A stretch of DNA of 64,000 bases from Candidatus Poribacteria bacterium (GCA_965205025.1 CBDBFU010000001.1:1-64000); one strand, 5' to 3'; positions 1-9,636 are shown, counted from the first letter of the stretch. Notes: a model not told the origin generated them from the letters alone. Program-made: numbers and translations.

Positions 1-181
1 ACCCGCGAAATACCTATCATAATTCTACCAAAACGCGCAATCCATTTCAAGGCATGTAAAATTTAACTTTGTTTTACAAGCCTTAATCAGTCAAAGGTTA
101 TTGGTTAATATGTTAATGGTTTATAACGGCGTGAAGTCGTAGAATAATAAGTAGAGAAATGGTAATTCGGAAATATCGTAT

Positions 182-874
182 TTATTTTTCGTCATCCCAT
201 TCCAATGGTCTGTTCTCTAAATACGGACGCAGAAGTTCGCGTAGATTTCGATGGGCATTGTGTAAATGGGTTTTTACCGTGCCTTCGGATCGATTTATTT
301 GGAGAGCAATCTCTTTAATGGGAAGTTTTTGATGATACCGTAATTTGAAAACCTGCTGTTGTCTGGGTGGGAGTTGATTTATTGCCTTGGTTATCATGTT
401 ACCAAGTTCCTCCATCTCTACTATATGTGAAGGGGACGGAAATCTATCAAATAAGCGAAACTCTTCTGGTGTTACAGGTAATTCATCATACAGGAAATCT
501 TCTCGTCTTTTCTTTTCTCTCAGAAAATCGATGCAGGAATTTACTGCAATACGGTATAACCAACTATAAAAGGCAGAATCCCGTTTGAATTTTGGTAGTG
601 CTTTATAGGCTTTTAGGAATACTTCTTGTGAGAGATCTTTTGTGGTTTCAGCGTCCTTCACGTGTTTGTAAATAAGTTTAGCAATCTGAGACTGATATTT
701 GAGTACCAAAGTGTTAAATGCCGATGTGTCACCATTTTGGAAGCGTGTAACCAAGGCATGTTCATCAATTGAATCAAGTTCATTAGCTGACAACATGTCT
801 ACAGTTCTTTCTGTTTTTTGCATAATTCTCTCTCCTCGTGCAATGGGTTTATCATTTGAAGCAATTGGACACAT
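182..874 (-). CDS. ECF RNA polymerase sigma-70 factor (RpoE/SigW-like); true start may be ATG at 823
   Basis: Region 2 (DLSQEVFLKAYKALPKFKRDSAFYSWLYRIAVN) and region 4 (LPPRQQQVF...IKEIA...SEGTVKTHLHNA). Confidence 0.93.
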   Translation of the reverse strand: MCPIASNDKPIARGERIMQKTERTVDMLSANELDSIDEHALVTRFQNGDTSAFNTLVLKYQSQIAKLIYKHVKDAETTKDLSQEVFLKAYKALPKFKRDSAFYSWLYRIAVNSCIDFLREKKRREDFLYDELPVTPEEFRLFDRFPSPSHIVEMEELGNMITKAINQLPPRQQQVFKLRYHQKLPIKEIALQINRSEGTVKTHLHNAHRNLRELLRPYLENRPLEWDDEK

Positions 875-882
875 TATTATAT

Positions 883-908
883 ATACACCTAAAACCGAAA
901 AATGTTGC
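883..908 (-). promoter_or_regulatory. Putative ECF-type autoregulatory promoter GCAAC-N16-TGTAT
   Basis: Minus strand reads ggcaac-atttttcggttttagg-tgtat just upstream of the sigma ORF; the same GCAAC-N16-TGTAT occurs at 62186-62211. Confidence 0.5.
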
Positions 909-1019
909 CGAAATTTTACAATTACCTGACTTCAGAATAAGAAATATTACTTTTCGTTGATAATTCTGCTTTTATACCATTTCTAATTGAAAATATCTCT
1001 TTTTTGTACTACAAACTTT

Positions 1020-1167
1020 ATGAGGATTAAGTAAATCTATCGGTAATTCTACTTTTTCCCAAACCCGGTAGGTGCGGTTTCCTAACCACGGGGAATGCTA
1101 AATAGCATTCATACCGTTGATTTGGATCTTATCTTTAAAATTACCGAATAAATAAATTAATCTTCAT
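1020..1167. mobile_element. MITE family A, copy 1, with an internal REP-like hairpin
   Basis: Imperfect ~29-bp terminal inverted repeats ATGAGGATTAAGTAAATCTATCGGTAATT / AATTACCGAATAAATAAATTAATCTTCAT; about 70 bp nearly identical to the reverse complement of 31034-31102. Confidence 0.7.
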
Positions 1168-1237
1168 TCAGTTTGTGACCTGAAAAATGACTACCATAAC
1201 CACCTAATGAGACAATAATTTATAGAAATAGTATTAC

Positions 1238-1266
1238 TTGACAAGAACAGTAAAGTGGCGTAAAGT
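1238..1266 (+). promoter_or_regulatory. Putative sigma-70 promoter of the histidine kinase
   Basis: TTGACA-N17-TAAAGT, 30 bp upstream of the ATG. Confidence 0.5.
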
Positions 1267-1296
1267 GTGTATAGTGCTTAGAGATAAGGTATACCT

Positions 1297-2673
1297 ATGC
1301 GCCGCTATAGCATTCAAACCAAAATTGTCCTCCCTTTTCTGCTCCTGTTTGTATTCGTTTCGATCCTTGTACCATTAATAACTGTTGAACTTTTTGGATG
1401 GAAATACAACCAACAATTCACGAGCGAAACACAAGAATGGTTGAATGTCATAATTGAGACAGGCTTTATCAACAATAATGAAAAAGTTAAGCAGGCATAC
1501 AGTGTCGAAATTATGATTTTTGGATCAGATTACACACTTAACTCCACTACCTTGACAGAACTCCCTGATATTGAGCAAAACTTTGAGAACCTGGTTAAAG
1601 TGTTCCGACTTGACTACGTGCGAGAAATATCTAAAAAAGGTGATGTGTTACCCATCACACAGGACGTAACACTCGGTGGAAAACATTATAAAGTCTTTTA
1701 CCGAATCCTTCCGCAAGGGAGATACTACTGTCTTTTACGGCCTATGGATGAAATAGCAGATGCTAAACGGACGCTTACATGGTCTATGTTGGGCATTGCA
1801 CTGTTTGTTATTGCACTTGTGGCGTTTATCAGTCATCGGATAGGAAAGAATTTGACTGATCCGATAAAAGATTTAGTCGGTTTTACAGAACAGGTCGCAG
1901 ATGGAAACCTTGATAATACGTGTGAAATTAAGACACAAGATGAAATTGGGGATTTGACTGTTGCGTTTAACCAGATGACCCAAGATCTAAAACAGTCAAG
2001 AAATAAGTTAATTCAAGCGGAACGTTTAGCCACCGCTGGAAAAATGTCTGCATCATTTGCACACGAAATTCGGAATCCGCTATCATCTATGCGAATGTTA
2101 TCGCAGATGTTGATGAAAAAGCCTGATGTAACACCAGAACAACAACAGTCTCTCGAATATATCCTTGAAGAAATCGAACGAATTGACAACATTGTCAAAG
2201 GTTTGATGGATTTTGCGCGTCCTACAAGACTTAACCTTCAACAACAACCGTTAGCCCCTGTACTACACTCTGTTTTGGCATTGATGGAAGCAAACTTAGA
2301 ACATCACCATATTAATGTGGTATCTGATTTCTCACCAGATCTTACTGATTTTCAATTCGATGCCGATAAAATCAAACAAGCATTCATGAATGTTGTTTTG
2401 AATGGGATGGAAGCAATGCCAGAAGGTGGTACATTAACTGTGTCTACCTACAAACAAGAAAACACCGTATGCCTTAAAGTTACGGATACAGGAATAGGTA
2501 TATCTGAGGAAGATATTGAACATCTATTTGAACCGTTTTTTTCTCGTAAGGATAAAGGCACAGGTCTCGGATTAGCAAATGTGAAACGAATTCTTGAGGA
2601 ACATGACGGTAAAATTAAAATTGATAGTACACTTGGTAAAGGAACAACGGTATCAATATGGTTGCCGTGTTGA
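1297..2673 (+). CDS. Membrane sensor histidine kinase (2 TM, HAMP, HisKA, HATPase)
   Basis: H-box FAHEIRNPL, N-box NVVLNGMEA, DTGIG, FEPFFS and GTGLGL; HAMP DEIGDLTVAFNQM; no adjacent response regulator. Confidence 0.95.
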   Translation: MRRYSIQTKIVLPFLLLFVFVSILVPLITVELFGWKYNQQFTSETQEWLNVIIETGFINNNEKVKQAYSVEIMIFGSDYTLNSTTLTELPDIEQNFENLVKVFRLDYVREISKKGDVLPITQDVTLGGKHYKVFYRILPQGRYYCLLRPMDEIADAKRTLTWSMLGIALFVIALVAFISHRIGKNLTDPIKDLVGFTEQVADGNLDNTCEIKTQDEIGDLTVAFNQMTQDLKQSRNKLIQAERLATAGKMSASFAHEIRNPLSSMRMLSQMLMKKPDVTPEQQQSLEYILEEIERIDNIVKGLMDFARPTRLNLQQQPLAPVLHSVLALMEANLEHHHINVVSDFSPDLTDFQFDADKIKQAFMNVVLNGMEAMPEGGTLTVSTYKQENTVCLKVTDTGIGISEEDIEHLFEPFFSRKDKGTGLGLANVKRILEEHDGKIKIDSTLGKGTTVSIWLPC

Positions 2674-2700
2674 AACCCTCAGAACTGTCCAAGTTACAAT

Positions 2701-2740
2701 AACGGTAAAATCAAAAGCACAACGGTAAAATCAAAAGCAC
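2701..2740 (+). repeat. Perfect 20-bp tandem duplication AACGGTAAAATCAAAAGCAC x2
   Basis: Seen directly, upstream of the ATPase gene. Confidence 0.9.
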
Positions 2741-2811
2741 TCTCATTTCCCTTGCGATTGAGCACAGATAGACATATAATTGATTCAAAGTCAGCATCAG
2801 GAGTGGAAACA

Positions 2812-4263
2812 ATGGACGCATACCTTAAGGTAAAGAACTTCGGTCCGATAGAAGAGGCAGAAATAGATCTACGTCCGTTAAATGTATTCGTCGGTGAAAG
2901 TAACACCGGCAAAACGTATCTCGCCGCACTCATCTATGCATTACACAAACATTTTGAAGGTTTCCCACAACTTCCTTGGGCAGACTACATTCCTTCTTAT
3001 TTTCGTTATTTCTACCGTACCCGCAAACATTATTCACAAAATCCGCAGGAAAAGTTAGAACAAGAAATAGATATACTCGAAAAATTAAACACCCCTGATC
3101 GTCCATTCAAATATTCCGATTTACCTGAGCAAGTCACTATTCGGTCAGAGTCCAGACTTACAGATGAGGAAGACTTTCTAGACGAGTTGACACGGTGTTT
3201 CGACCATGAGTCTGTTTCTAAGTTAATACGATACACTGGGTACCGTGCCGACGAAATGAAAGTTGCACTGTCAGTTCACGATAAAGATCAAACGTGTTGG
3301 GATTTTGAGGTGAGATCCATTAGATCCGCCGAACCCACCATAAACGGACATATCAATCCAGACCTGATTCTCTTTGATGTAAACGACGCAGAACGTAAAA
3401 CTAAATTCCAAGAATTATCCGATGTTGAACGTCTATTTCGGACTTTAAGTTCACGTCGGTCGCGACCAGAGAATTCATATTACTTGCCTGCTGCTCGGAG
3501 TGGTGTTATGCAAAGCCGAAATGTACTTGTGGCTGCCTTCATCAGACGGTTGACCCGTATAGGTTTAGATCGTTTTCCTGAAGTATCTACATTTTCAGGA
3601 ATGATAGGGGATTTTCTGGAACAGGTCCTTGACTACAAGAAACGCAAAGGACCATCAAGCAGTATAAGCAGCATCGCTGAACAACTGGAGATGGGACTGT
3701 TGGAAGGTAAAATAGAAGTTAAACGTGCCACACCAGAAGCATTTCCCGAATTTCTGTACCGTCCAGATCAGGCAGATGAGGGATTACGAATGAGCCATTC
3801 CTCAGCGATGGTATCCGAACTTGCCCCTTTAGTCCTATATCTGCGAGGTATAGTTAAACAGGGGGACATGCTCATTATTGAAGAACCAGAATCTCATCTA
3901 CATCCAGGTGCACAAACCATAATTGCCCAAACAATTGCCCGGTTAGTCCGTGCTGGTGTTCGAGTCTTGATTACAACACACAGCAACTATCTACTCCAAC
4001 AAATCAGCAACCTAATACGCGAAGGTGAATTGCAGAAACAGGGTGAATCCACAAATGAAACAGAAGACTACCTAAAAGCGGAAGAGGTCGGTGCGTGGTG
4101 GTTCCATAAGGACAAACCAGTAGAAGAACTCCCATTTAACCTCGTTGAAGGCATAGAACCGGAAGATCATTTGGATATAGCGGAGGACCTATATAACCAA
4201 TCGGCAGGACTCCAAAACAGAATTGAAGAAACGAAAGAGGGGGATGCGTTTGAATCTGAGTAA
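2812..4263 (+). CDS. ABC-type ATPase (AAA_15/AAA_21-like, OLD/AbiEii/PtuA-class)
   Basis: LKVKNFGPI start motif, Walker A GESNTGKT, YLPAAR, Walker B IIEEPESHLHP, H-loop ITTHS; ATG at 2812 preceded by AGGAG. Confidence 0.88.
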   Translation: MDAYLKVKNFGPIEEAEIDLRPLNVFVGESNTGKTYLAALIYALHKHFEGFPQLPWADYIPSYFRYFYRTRKHYSQNPQEKLEQEIDILEKLNTPDRPFKYSDLPEQVTIRSESRLTDEEDFLDELTRCFDHESVSKLIRYTGYRADEMKVALSVHDKDQTCWDFEVRSIRSAEPTINGHINPDLILFDVNDAERKTKFQELSDVERLFRTLSSRRSRPENSYYLPAARSGVMQSRNVLVAAFIRRLTRIGLDRFPEVSTFSGMIGDFLEQVLDYKKRKGPSSSISSIAEQLEMGLLEGKIEVKRATPEAFPEFLYRPDQADEGLRMSHSSAMVSELAPLVLYLRGIVKQGDMLIIEEPESHLHPGAQTIIAQTIARLVRAGVRVLITTHSNYLLQQISNLIREGELQKQGESTNETEDYLKAEEVGAWWFHKDKPVEELPFNLVEGIEPEDHLDIAEDLYNQSAGLQNRIEETKEGDAFESE

Positions 4264-4744
4264 AGGACTTTCACACATTGAAACGAAAGTGTCACCAAAC
4301 AGTATTACAAGAGATTGCGGTGGAGAAAGATGTAAGGTATACCGTACCGACCTACCCAGACAAAGGGTCGTGATTAATTTAGAGAAAGAGTTTGATTCAC
4401 GCAGAGATAACAGTAAACGGTGTGACCGGCTGTTGTTTTACAAAAATAAAAATATCATCTATGCTGTTCCAATTGAACTCAAAGGTGGTAAAGGTAAGGA
4501 ATCACAGGTGCGTGCCCAGTTGAAAAGTAGTTTAGAATTTGCCGCTTCGCTCGTGCGGGCCTTGAAGAAAACTGTATACGTTCCAATTGTGTTTACCAAG
4601 AAAGGCATTAAAGAGAGTAGTCCAAAACATCAAAAACGAGAACTTAAAGTGAAATTCAATGGAAAAACATTGAATGTTCTGCAAGGGCGTTGTGGTAGAA
4701 AAAAGAACCTTGCGAACGTACTCTCTCAAGCAGGTTATCTCTAA
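4244..4744 (+). CDS. Small basic PD-(D/E)XK-like nuclease partner of the ATPase
   Basis: Overlaps the ATPase 3' end; motif CDRLLF...PIELKG; very Lys/Arg-rich. Confidence 0.6.
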   Translation: MRLNLSKGLSHIETKVSPNSITRDCGGERCKVYRTDLPRQRVVINLEKEFDSRRDNSKRCDRLLFYKNKNIIYAVPIELKGGKGKESQVRAQLKSSLEFAASLVRALKKTVYVPIVFTKKGIKESSPKHQKRELKVKFNGKTLNVLQGRCGRKKNLANVLSQAGYL

Positions 4745-4838
4745 TCTTAGTAAAATCTAAATGACTTGCAACTACCTGAAGAATTGATTTCCAATCAAGA
4801 TCATGATATAAAATCGTAATACCTCTTATTTATAATAA

Positions 4839-5928
4839 CAGGACTTACGCAGTTTTAAATTTTATTGAAGGATTTGAGAGTTGATGTTTTAAGTAATCAC
4901 TCAATAAACCATCTTTAAACTCGTAAATCTTTTGTCCAACAGCACGTACAACACGCGTCATAAAGACCCATACTTGGAAACTACACGCAATATGATTTCT
5001 CTGGGCACGCATCTTACGACATTGGCATTTACCAATACCGGTTACTTGTTTCATCTCACGATGAAGGAGTTCAATCTTCCAACGGAGACGACACTTTTGG
5101 TGAGTCATATCCACATTTGATTGTGTCAAATCGTTTGTCACTATATATTCCGTGCGTCCGGTATCAGACACAAACCGGAATAACTTTACGACAGAACCTT
5201 TCGGAAAGTTTTTGAGATGTACGCGTTTACCGCTTTTCTTTTCTGCTTGAGACCAAGATAGATCTTTGACTGCCTTGTGAGGTTCTACACCTTTGGTATC
5301 ATTCACAAGACGGTTTCGTTTCAACGGAACATAATAGATCTTAGAAAGTCTATCAATCGCTTTCATCACTTTCATGGACGCATACCAAGAGTCCATCAAG
5401 ACTGTCCGGAATGGGAGTTGTTTCTTAGAATAAGCATCGTGCAACATATCCAATAAATGATCGATTTTGGTTTTACCGTCATGATCTCTGTCAAAAATAC
5501 GGTAATCAATGACCCAATATTCCTGTGTCTTAGGGTTGACATAGAGACAGGTGACAATACCGATACCTTGAATCACCTTTCTGTCACTACCACTCCATTG
5601 AGAGCGTACTATTTCAATCCGTTTAGAATGTATTTTTGACAGCACAACATCATCAAAAATCAGGTATCCTTCTTCATCAAAGTCGATGTCGTCTTTGACG
5701 GATGCCCAGAGTTCACTTGTAGGAATGTTTTCGTCTCTCAGAAAGCGATTGAGTTGATCGTGGCTCCAACGGTCTGTATGTTTAGCAAAATAAGTTTGTG
5801 TAAAATTAGTAAAACTTGAAAACAAATATTGACAATAATCGGAAAATAAGTCTTGCTTCTTTTTAGAATGTGTAAATGTGTTCATAATCAATAAGAATAA
5901 CACATTTTGTAATTTTGCGTAAGTCCTG
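4839..5928 (-). mobile_element. IS701-family insertion sequence
   Basis: 13-bp TIRs CAGGACTTACGCA (4839-4851) / TGCGTAAGTCCTG (5916-5928); flanking direct repeat TAATAA (4833-4838, 5929-5934). Confidence 0.9.
4845..5903 (-). CDS. IS701-family DDE transposase
   Basis: SHDQLNRFL, LIFDD, QWSG, VLMDSWY, RWKIE.LHRE.KQ, CQCR..RAQRNH; stop codon lies within the TIR. Confidence 0.92.
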   Translation of the reverse strand: MLFLLIMNTFTHSKKKQDLFSDYCQYLFSSFTNFTQTYFAKHTDRWSHDQLNRFLRDENIPTSELWASVKDDIDFDEEGYLIFDDVVLSKIHSKRIEIVRSQWSGSDRKVIQGIGIVTCLYVNPKTQEYWVIDYRIFDRDHDGKTKIDHLLDMLHDAYSKKQLPFRTVLMDSWYASMKVMKAIDRLSKIYYVPLKRNRLVNDTKGVEPHKAVKDLSWSQAEKKSGKRVHLKNFPKGSVVKLFRFVSDTGRTEYIVTNDLTQSNVDMTHQKCRLRWKIELLHREMKQVTGIGKCQCRKMRAQRNHIACSFQVWVFMTRVVRAVGQKIYEFKDGLLSDYLKHQLSNPSIKFKTA

Positions 5929-6053
5929 TAATAATCTTTTTCAAATCAATTGCAGATGGAACCAACGCTGAATACTTGTATGAATTCAGCATTGATTCAT
6001 AAGGAATAACCATTGCGAAACGACTTTATAGTTTCACAACAACTCTGATAAAC

Positions 6054-7079
6054 CTATTTTATTGCTCCCCACTGTGTTGGTTTCTTACCTTCAGGAGAAA
6101 CTGAAAGCACATCATCATCTATCCAATCTACAGCACTGGGATCATATTCATCCGTATCCATCAATACTGTCAACGTGCCGGTAGCGATATGATATATATA
6201 TATTTTCGCTATAGGATATTCACCTAAACCCGGAGGTACTCCGTTTATGGGATACTTAACCCCCGAAAAAACAAGAGATCTGCCATTATCCATCCAGTCA
6301 ATATCCCAAGGCTGAATATCCTTCGGTATGTTCAACCGCTGTAACGTTTTACCATTTCGATCACAGATGAAATATCTAAATTCTTCTCGTATAAGGGCTT
6401 CCGTATTATGGTTAATTTGCCGCCAGTGATATTTCATTCGTGAATATACGAGCTTTCTACTGTCTGGCGACCATTTGGCAATAGAAAAGCTTAGAATAGA
6501 TTTTCCTACCCGTTGTGATGGTATGAGTTTCCGCAGGTTACCACCATCCGCGTTCATTCGCCAAATACTGCTACCCAATCCATCTACATCAATTGCACCA
6601 CCACACACGATATATTTGCCATCTGGCGACCATCTCGGTGCAATTAAATTCTCCTCAGCAATCTCTTTGATCTTACCAGTTTTAAGATTGAGTACATTCA
6701 CGCTGCGATCAGGGGGTCTGCCGTGTCTTATCACAGACCTTTTAAACACAATGTATTTCCCATCTGGTGAAAAGGAAGGAAAAGTATCATTTGTAAACTG
6801 TGGTGAATCAAGAATTCTTCGTATATTCGTACCATCGGCATTCATCAGCCAAAGCGATCCACCTCTGGTAAACACAACGGATGTACCATCTGGTGACCAT
6901 TTTGGAGCCCACACCGTCCCTTCATTTGTCAACAATGTAACGTTGCTACCATCATCATCCATCACGTATATATTCCAATTTTCATGGACATGATGTGAAC
7001 TGAAAAGGATCTTGGCATTTACATCTATTGAAACGAAAAATAATAATGAACTTAGGAAATATGCTATGAGTAAACGCAT
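6054..7079 (-). CDS. Secreted TolB/PD40 beta-propeller protein with C-terminal GKKPTQWGAIK tail
   Basis: Signal peptide from ATG 7079 (AAGGAGG RBS); repeated IYVMDDDGS, WSPDG and FSPDG motifs. Confidence 0.88.
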   Translation of the reverse strand: MRLLIAYFLSSLLFFVSIDVNAKILFSSHHVHENWNIYVMDDDGSNVTLLTNEGTVWAPKWSPDGTSVVFTRGGSLWLMNADGTNIRRILDSPQFTNDTFPSFSPDGKYIVFKRSVIRHGRPPDRSVNVLNLKTGKIKEIAEENLIAPRWSPDGKYIVCGGAIDVDGLGSSIWRMNADGGNLRKLIPSQRVGKSILSFSIAKWSPDSRKLVYSRMKYHWRQINHNTEALIREEFRYFICDRNGKTLQRLNIPKDIQPWDIDWMDNGRSLVFSGVKYPINGVPPGLGEYPIAKIYIYHIATGTLTVLMDTDEYDPSAVDWIDDDVLSVSPEGKKPTQWGAIK

Positions 7080-7134
7080 TGTACCCTCCTTGGTATGTGG
7101 TAGGGGATATGCATCCCCTATCCAAATACAGAAT

Positions 7135-7913
7135 TTACGGATTGTCGGAATCCTCAAATTCGGCACTTCCCGCCGCTTTCCAGGTCAGGTCACCCACAAA
7201 AATACGAGAATACGCATCAGCTGTATACGTATCATTCAATCCTATACGCCCGATAAATTTTGATGGACTACCAGATTCGTAATAGGATTCACCATTCTCA
7301 ATATCCTTTGCTGGAGGCACCTCTTCAACGGGATCTCCCACTTGTACACCATTTTTAAACACGGTAATTTTAAATTTACCAGTAACATTCCGGTCCTGAT
7401 CTGTGGAGTTATATCCGGATATGGAACCCGACATGCCAAGACTGCTACCGTCGTAGGTAATACTATAGACATAGGCTGATCCGTACACCCCGTCTACCCA
7501 ACCGGACTTCTCATCGGGACGATACACTCTAAAGCCATAGGAATCACTATCTGAAACAAAATTGCATTATCTTCATCCCAAAACCACGCGACTGCCTCAC
7601 AAGTATACTTTTCGCCTCCAATATGACCTGAGTGTGAGCCAAGGTTAACCCAGACTGACCTTGTGTCAATATCATGCATACTTGTATAAGAATAGACAAC
7701 GTTCCCTTTTTTATTTCTTATCTTCCAGTCTATATAACTTACGTCTTCATCCGTTGTCAGAGAAGCCCCTGTATATCCACCATCTCCTGTATCACTATGA
7801 GCAGAGACCCATAACGATGTAATATTAGCAGCATCGCTACGATTGACACCTATAAGTGATAGAGTCAATACTAAGGCTACAATCATCATTGTCCTGAACA
7901 TTAACTTAAGCAT
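7135..7913 (-). CDS. Secreted beta-rich hypothetical protein; one gene split by a probable indel near 7550-7560
   Basis: Signal peptide and AGGAG RBS at 7913; ORF 7494-7913 overlaps ORF 7135-7527 with consistent composition. Confidence 0.6.
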
Positions 7914-8054
7914 TTGTTTCTCCTTTTAGCACCTTATACGGTACCGGTATATTCAATCAATATCTGAGACATTGATTTGAAGGAGAAGTACTATATTTTA
8001 GCACATCTCCCGTTTACAGTAAACAAAAGTCATTGAATACGCTACTACCGTTTG

Positions 8055-8606
8055 TTATTTTGGCAATAGCGACACACCGAAATGCTCACGTACTTTTTTA
8101 ATAATCACACGTTTGCGAGACTTCACTGTGCTTTCTGGAATGCCTAACTTCTCACCGATTTCAATGGAAGTCCATCCTTCAAACCATAATTCAACGACCA
8201 TCTTGTATATAGAGTTCATTTTATCAATTACCTCAAATATCTCGTTCTGACGTCGCCCTCTAAGAAATTCTTGCTCTAAATCAGCTGCATGTTTTTCTTC
8301 TGCAAATTCCGTTAGTTCTCGACGTTTTTCCTCATCTCGCCAATGTTCTCGGCATTTGCTCCGAGCAACCTGTTTCAACCATTTATTAACAGCGTCGATA
8401 TCTGTAACACCTTTATGACGAAACCGTCGTACAATAGCAAGACATGTTTCGCTATATACATCGTAAACTGCTTCAGGATTGCAAACTTCGTTTCGGATGA
8501 TTGTTTGTAACAGACGTTCATACTTGCTAATAAGAACACCCACAGCATCGAAATTGCCGTTTTGAATCTGTTTTAGTAAGATTGTATCTGAGGGAAAAGA
8601 TGACAT
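8055..8606 (-). CDS. ECF sigma-70 factor (divergent)
   Basis: DVYSET...WLKQVARSKC (region 2); EIGEKLGIPESTVKSR (region 4). Confidence 0.85.
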   Translation of the reverse strand: MSSFPSDTILLKQIQNGNFDAVGVLISKYERLLQTIIRNEVCNPEAVYDVYSETCLAIVRRFRHKGVTDIDAVNKWLKQVARSKCREHWRDEEKRRELTEFAEEKHAADLEQEFLRGRRQNEIFEVIDKMNSIYKMVVELWFEGWTSIEIGEKLGIPESTVKSRKRVIIKKVREHFGVSLLPK

Positions 8607-8673
8607 TTGTACTCCATACTAACTTTAGGATAATCTATATTTCACATTAGAATATCCTGCATTCACCCTACAT

Positions 8674-8700
8674 GACGTAGAAATAGATTAAAAAGATTAC
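8674..8700 (-). promoter_or_regulatory. Putative ECF promoter GTAATC-N17-CGTC
   Basis: Minus strand gtaatc-tttttaatctatttcta-cgtc, about 70 bp upstream of the sigma ATG. Confidence 0.4.
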
Positions 8701-8924
8701 TTTTAGTTAAAATATTTTATTTCATATAAAAATATATTACAGAAGATTTGAGATTGTGCGTATCAGATTTCTCATTACTCGTCTAACAGATAAATATTAA
8801 ACGTGTGAAAATCTTACAAGAAACTGAAAACTAAATCACCCTGGTAAGTCTTGGGATGTGTAAAGTTTATGGCATTAACAGGAATTAAATAAAACGGATC
8901 AAACATTCTTCCATAAAAGATCTA

Positions 8925-9016
8925 AAAAAATGAAGAAAACACCCATATCTAACAACTAATATACAAATATCACAAAAACAGAAAAACATATTAATAATAT
9001 TTGTCAAAATAAAATT
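8925..9016. repeat. Dispersed non-coding module B, copy 1
   Basis: Core TCTAACAACTAATATACAAATATCACAAAAACA matches the reverse complements of 52843-52941 and 61729-61824. Confidence 0.8.
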
Positions 9017-9150
9017 AGGAGTTATAGGTTAGAACACAAACTAAAAACTATAAACTAAAACTAATGATTATCTATAAAAACGATCCTAAATACAAAGTTT
9101 CATATACGTCAAAAAACCATACCTATATAACGGTTGGAACTGACAAAATC

Positions 9151-9315
9151 AGCAAGAACAAAAACAACACAAAATCACATTTTTTAGAAATTCTTATAAA
9201 TCAAGTTAAAACTGGAATAAAGTCAGTCTATGACAAGGGTTACAGCGGTAATTTACGCTAATTTCAATGTCACACCATGTGACAAAAAGTGTAACTTTTT
9301 TCATTTTTTCGATGC
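9151..9315. repeat. Dispersed non-coding module A, copy 1
   Basis: Colinear similarity to the reverse complements of 61362-61518 and 60716-60858; core AATGTCACACCATGTGACAAAAAGTGTAACTTTT (9266-9299). Confidence 0.8.
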
Positions 9316-9356
9316 ATTGATTAAATCTACAACAACACGATCTACTTTCTGAGTAT

Positions 9357-9431
9357 TTAGGATTAAATCTCTATTTTTATACCTTATTTTTTCTCTGTAT
9401 ATTAGGATTAAATATCTGTTTTTGATACCTT
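9357..9431 (+). repeat. Imperfect ~30-bp direct repeat TTAGGATTAAAT.TCT.TTTTT.ATACCTT x2
   Basis: 9357-9385 and 9402-9431, upstream of the GH2 gene. Confidence 0.7.
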
Positions 9432-9636
9432 TTTGACCATCAGAAATATCAGTTATTAAACAGTATCCTCTACGTGAAATATATGTAATCCACGTAATCC
9501 AAACACAAGATAACGGAATTAATGTAAAAACTTTACATACCCTAAGTCTTGATTTCTATTGAATCAAAACAACTAATTTTCTATAATGTACAATAAAAGT
9601 TATCTACGCATATAAAAGAACAAGGACGGACTGATA

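Noticed and set aside
9064-9261. 65-aa ORF within the conserved non-coding element
   Set aside because: No RBS, AT-driven composition, and no equivalent ORF in the homologous copy at 61.4-61.6 kb.
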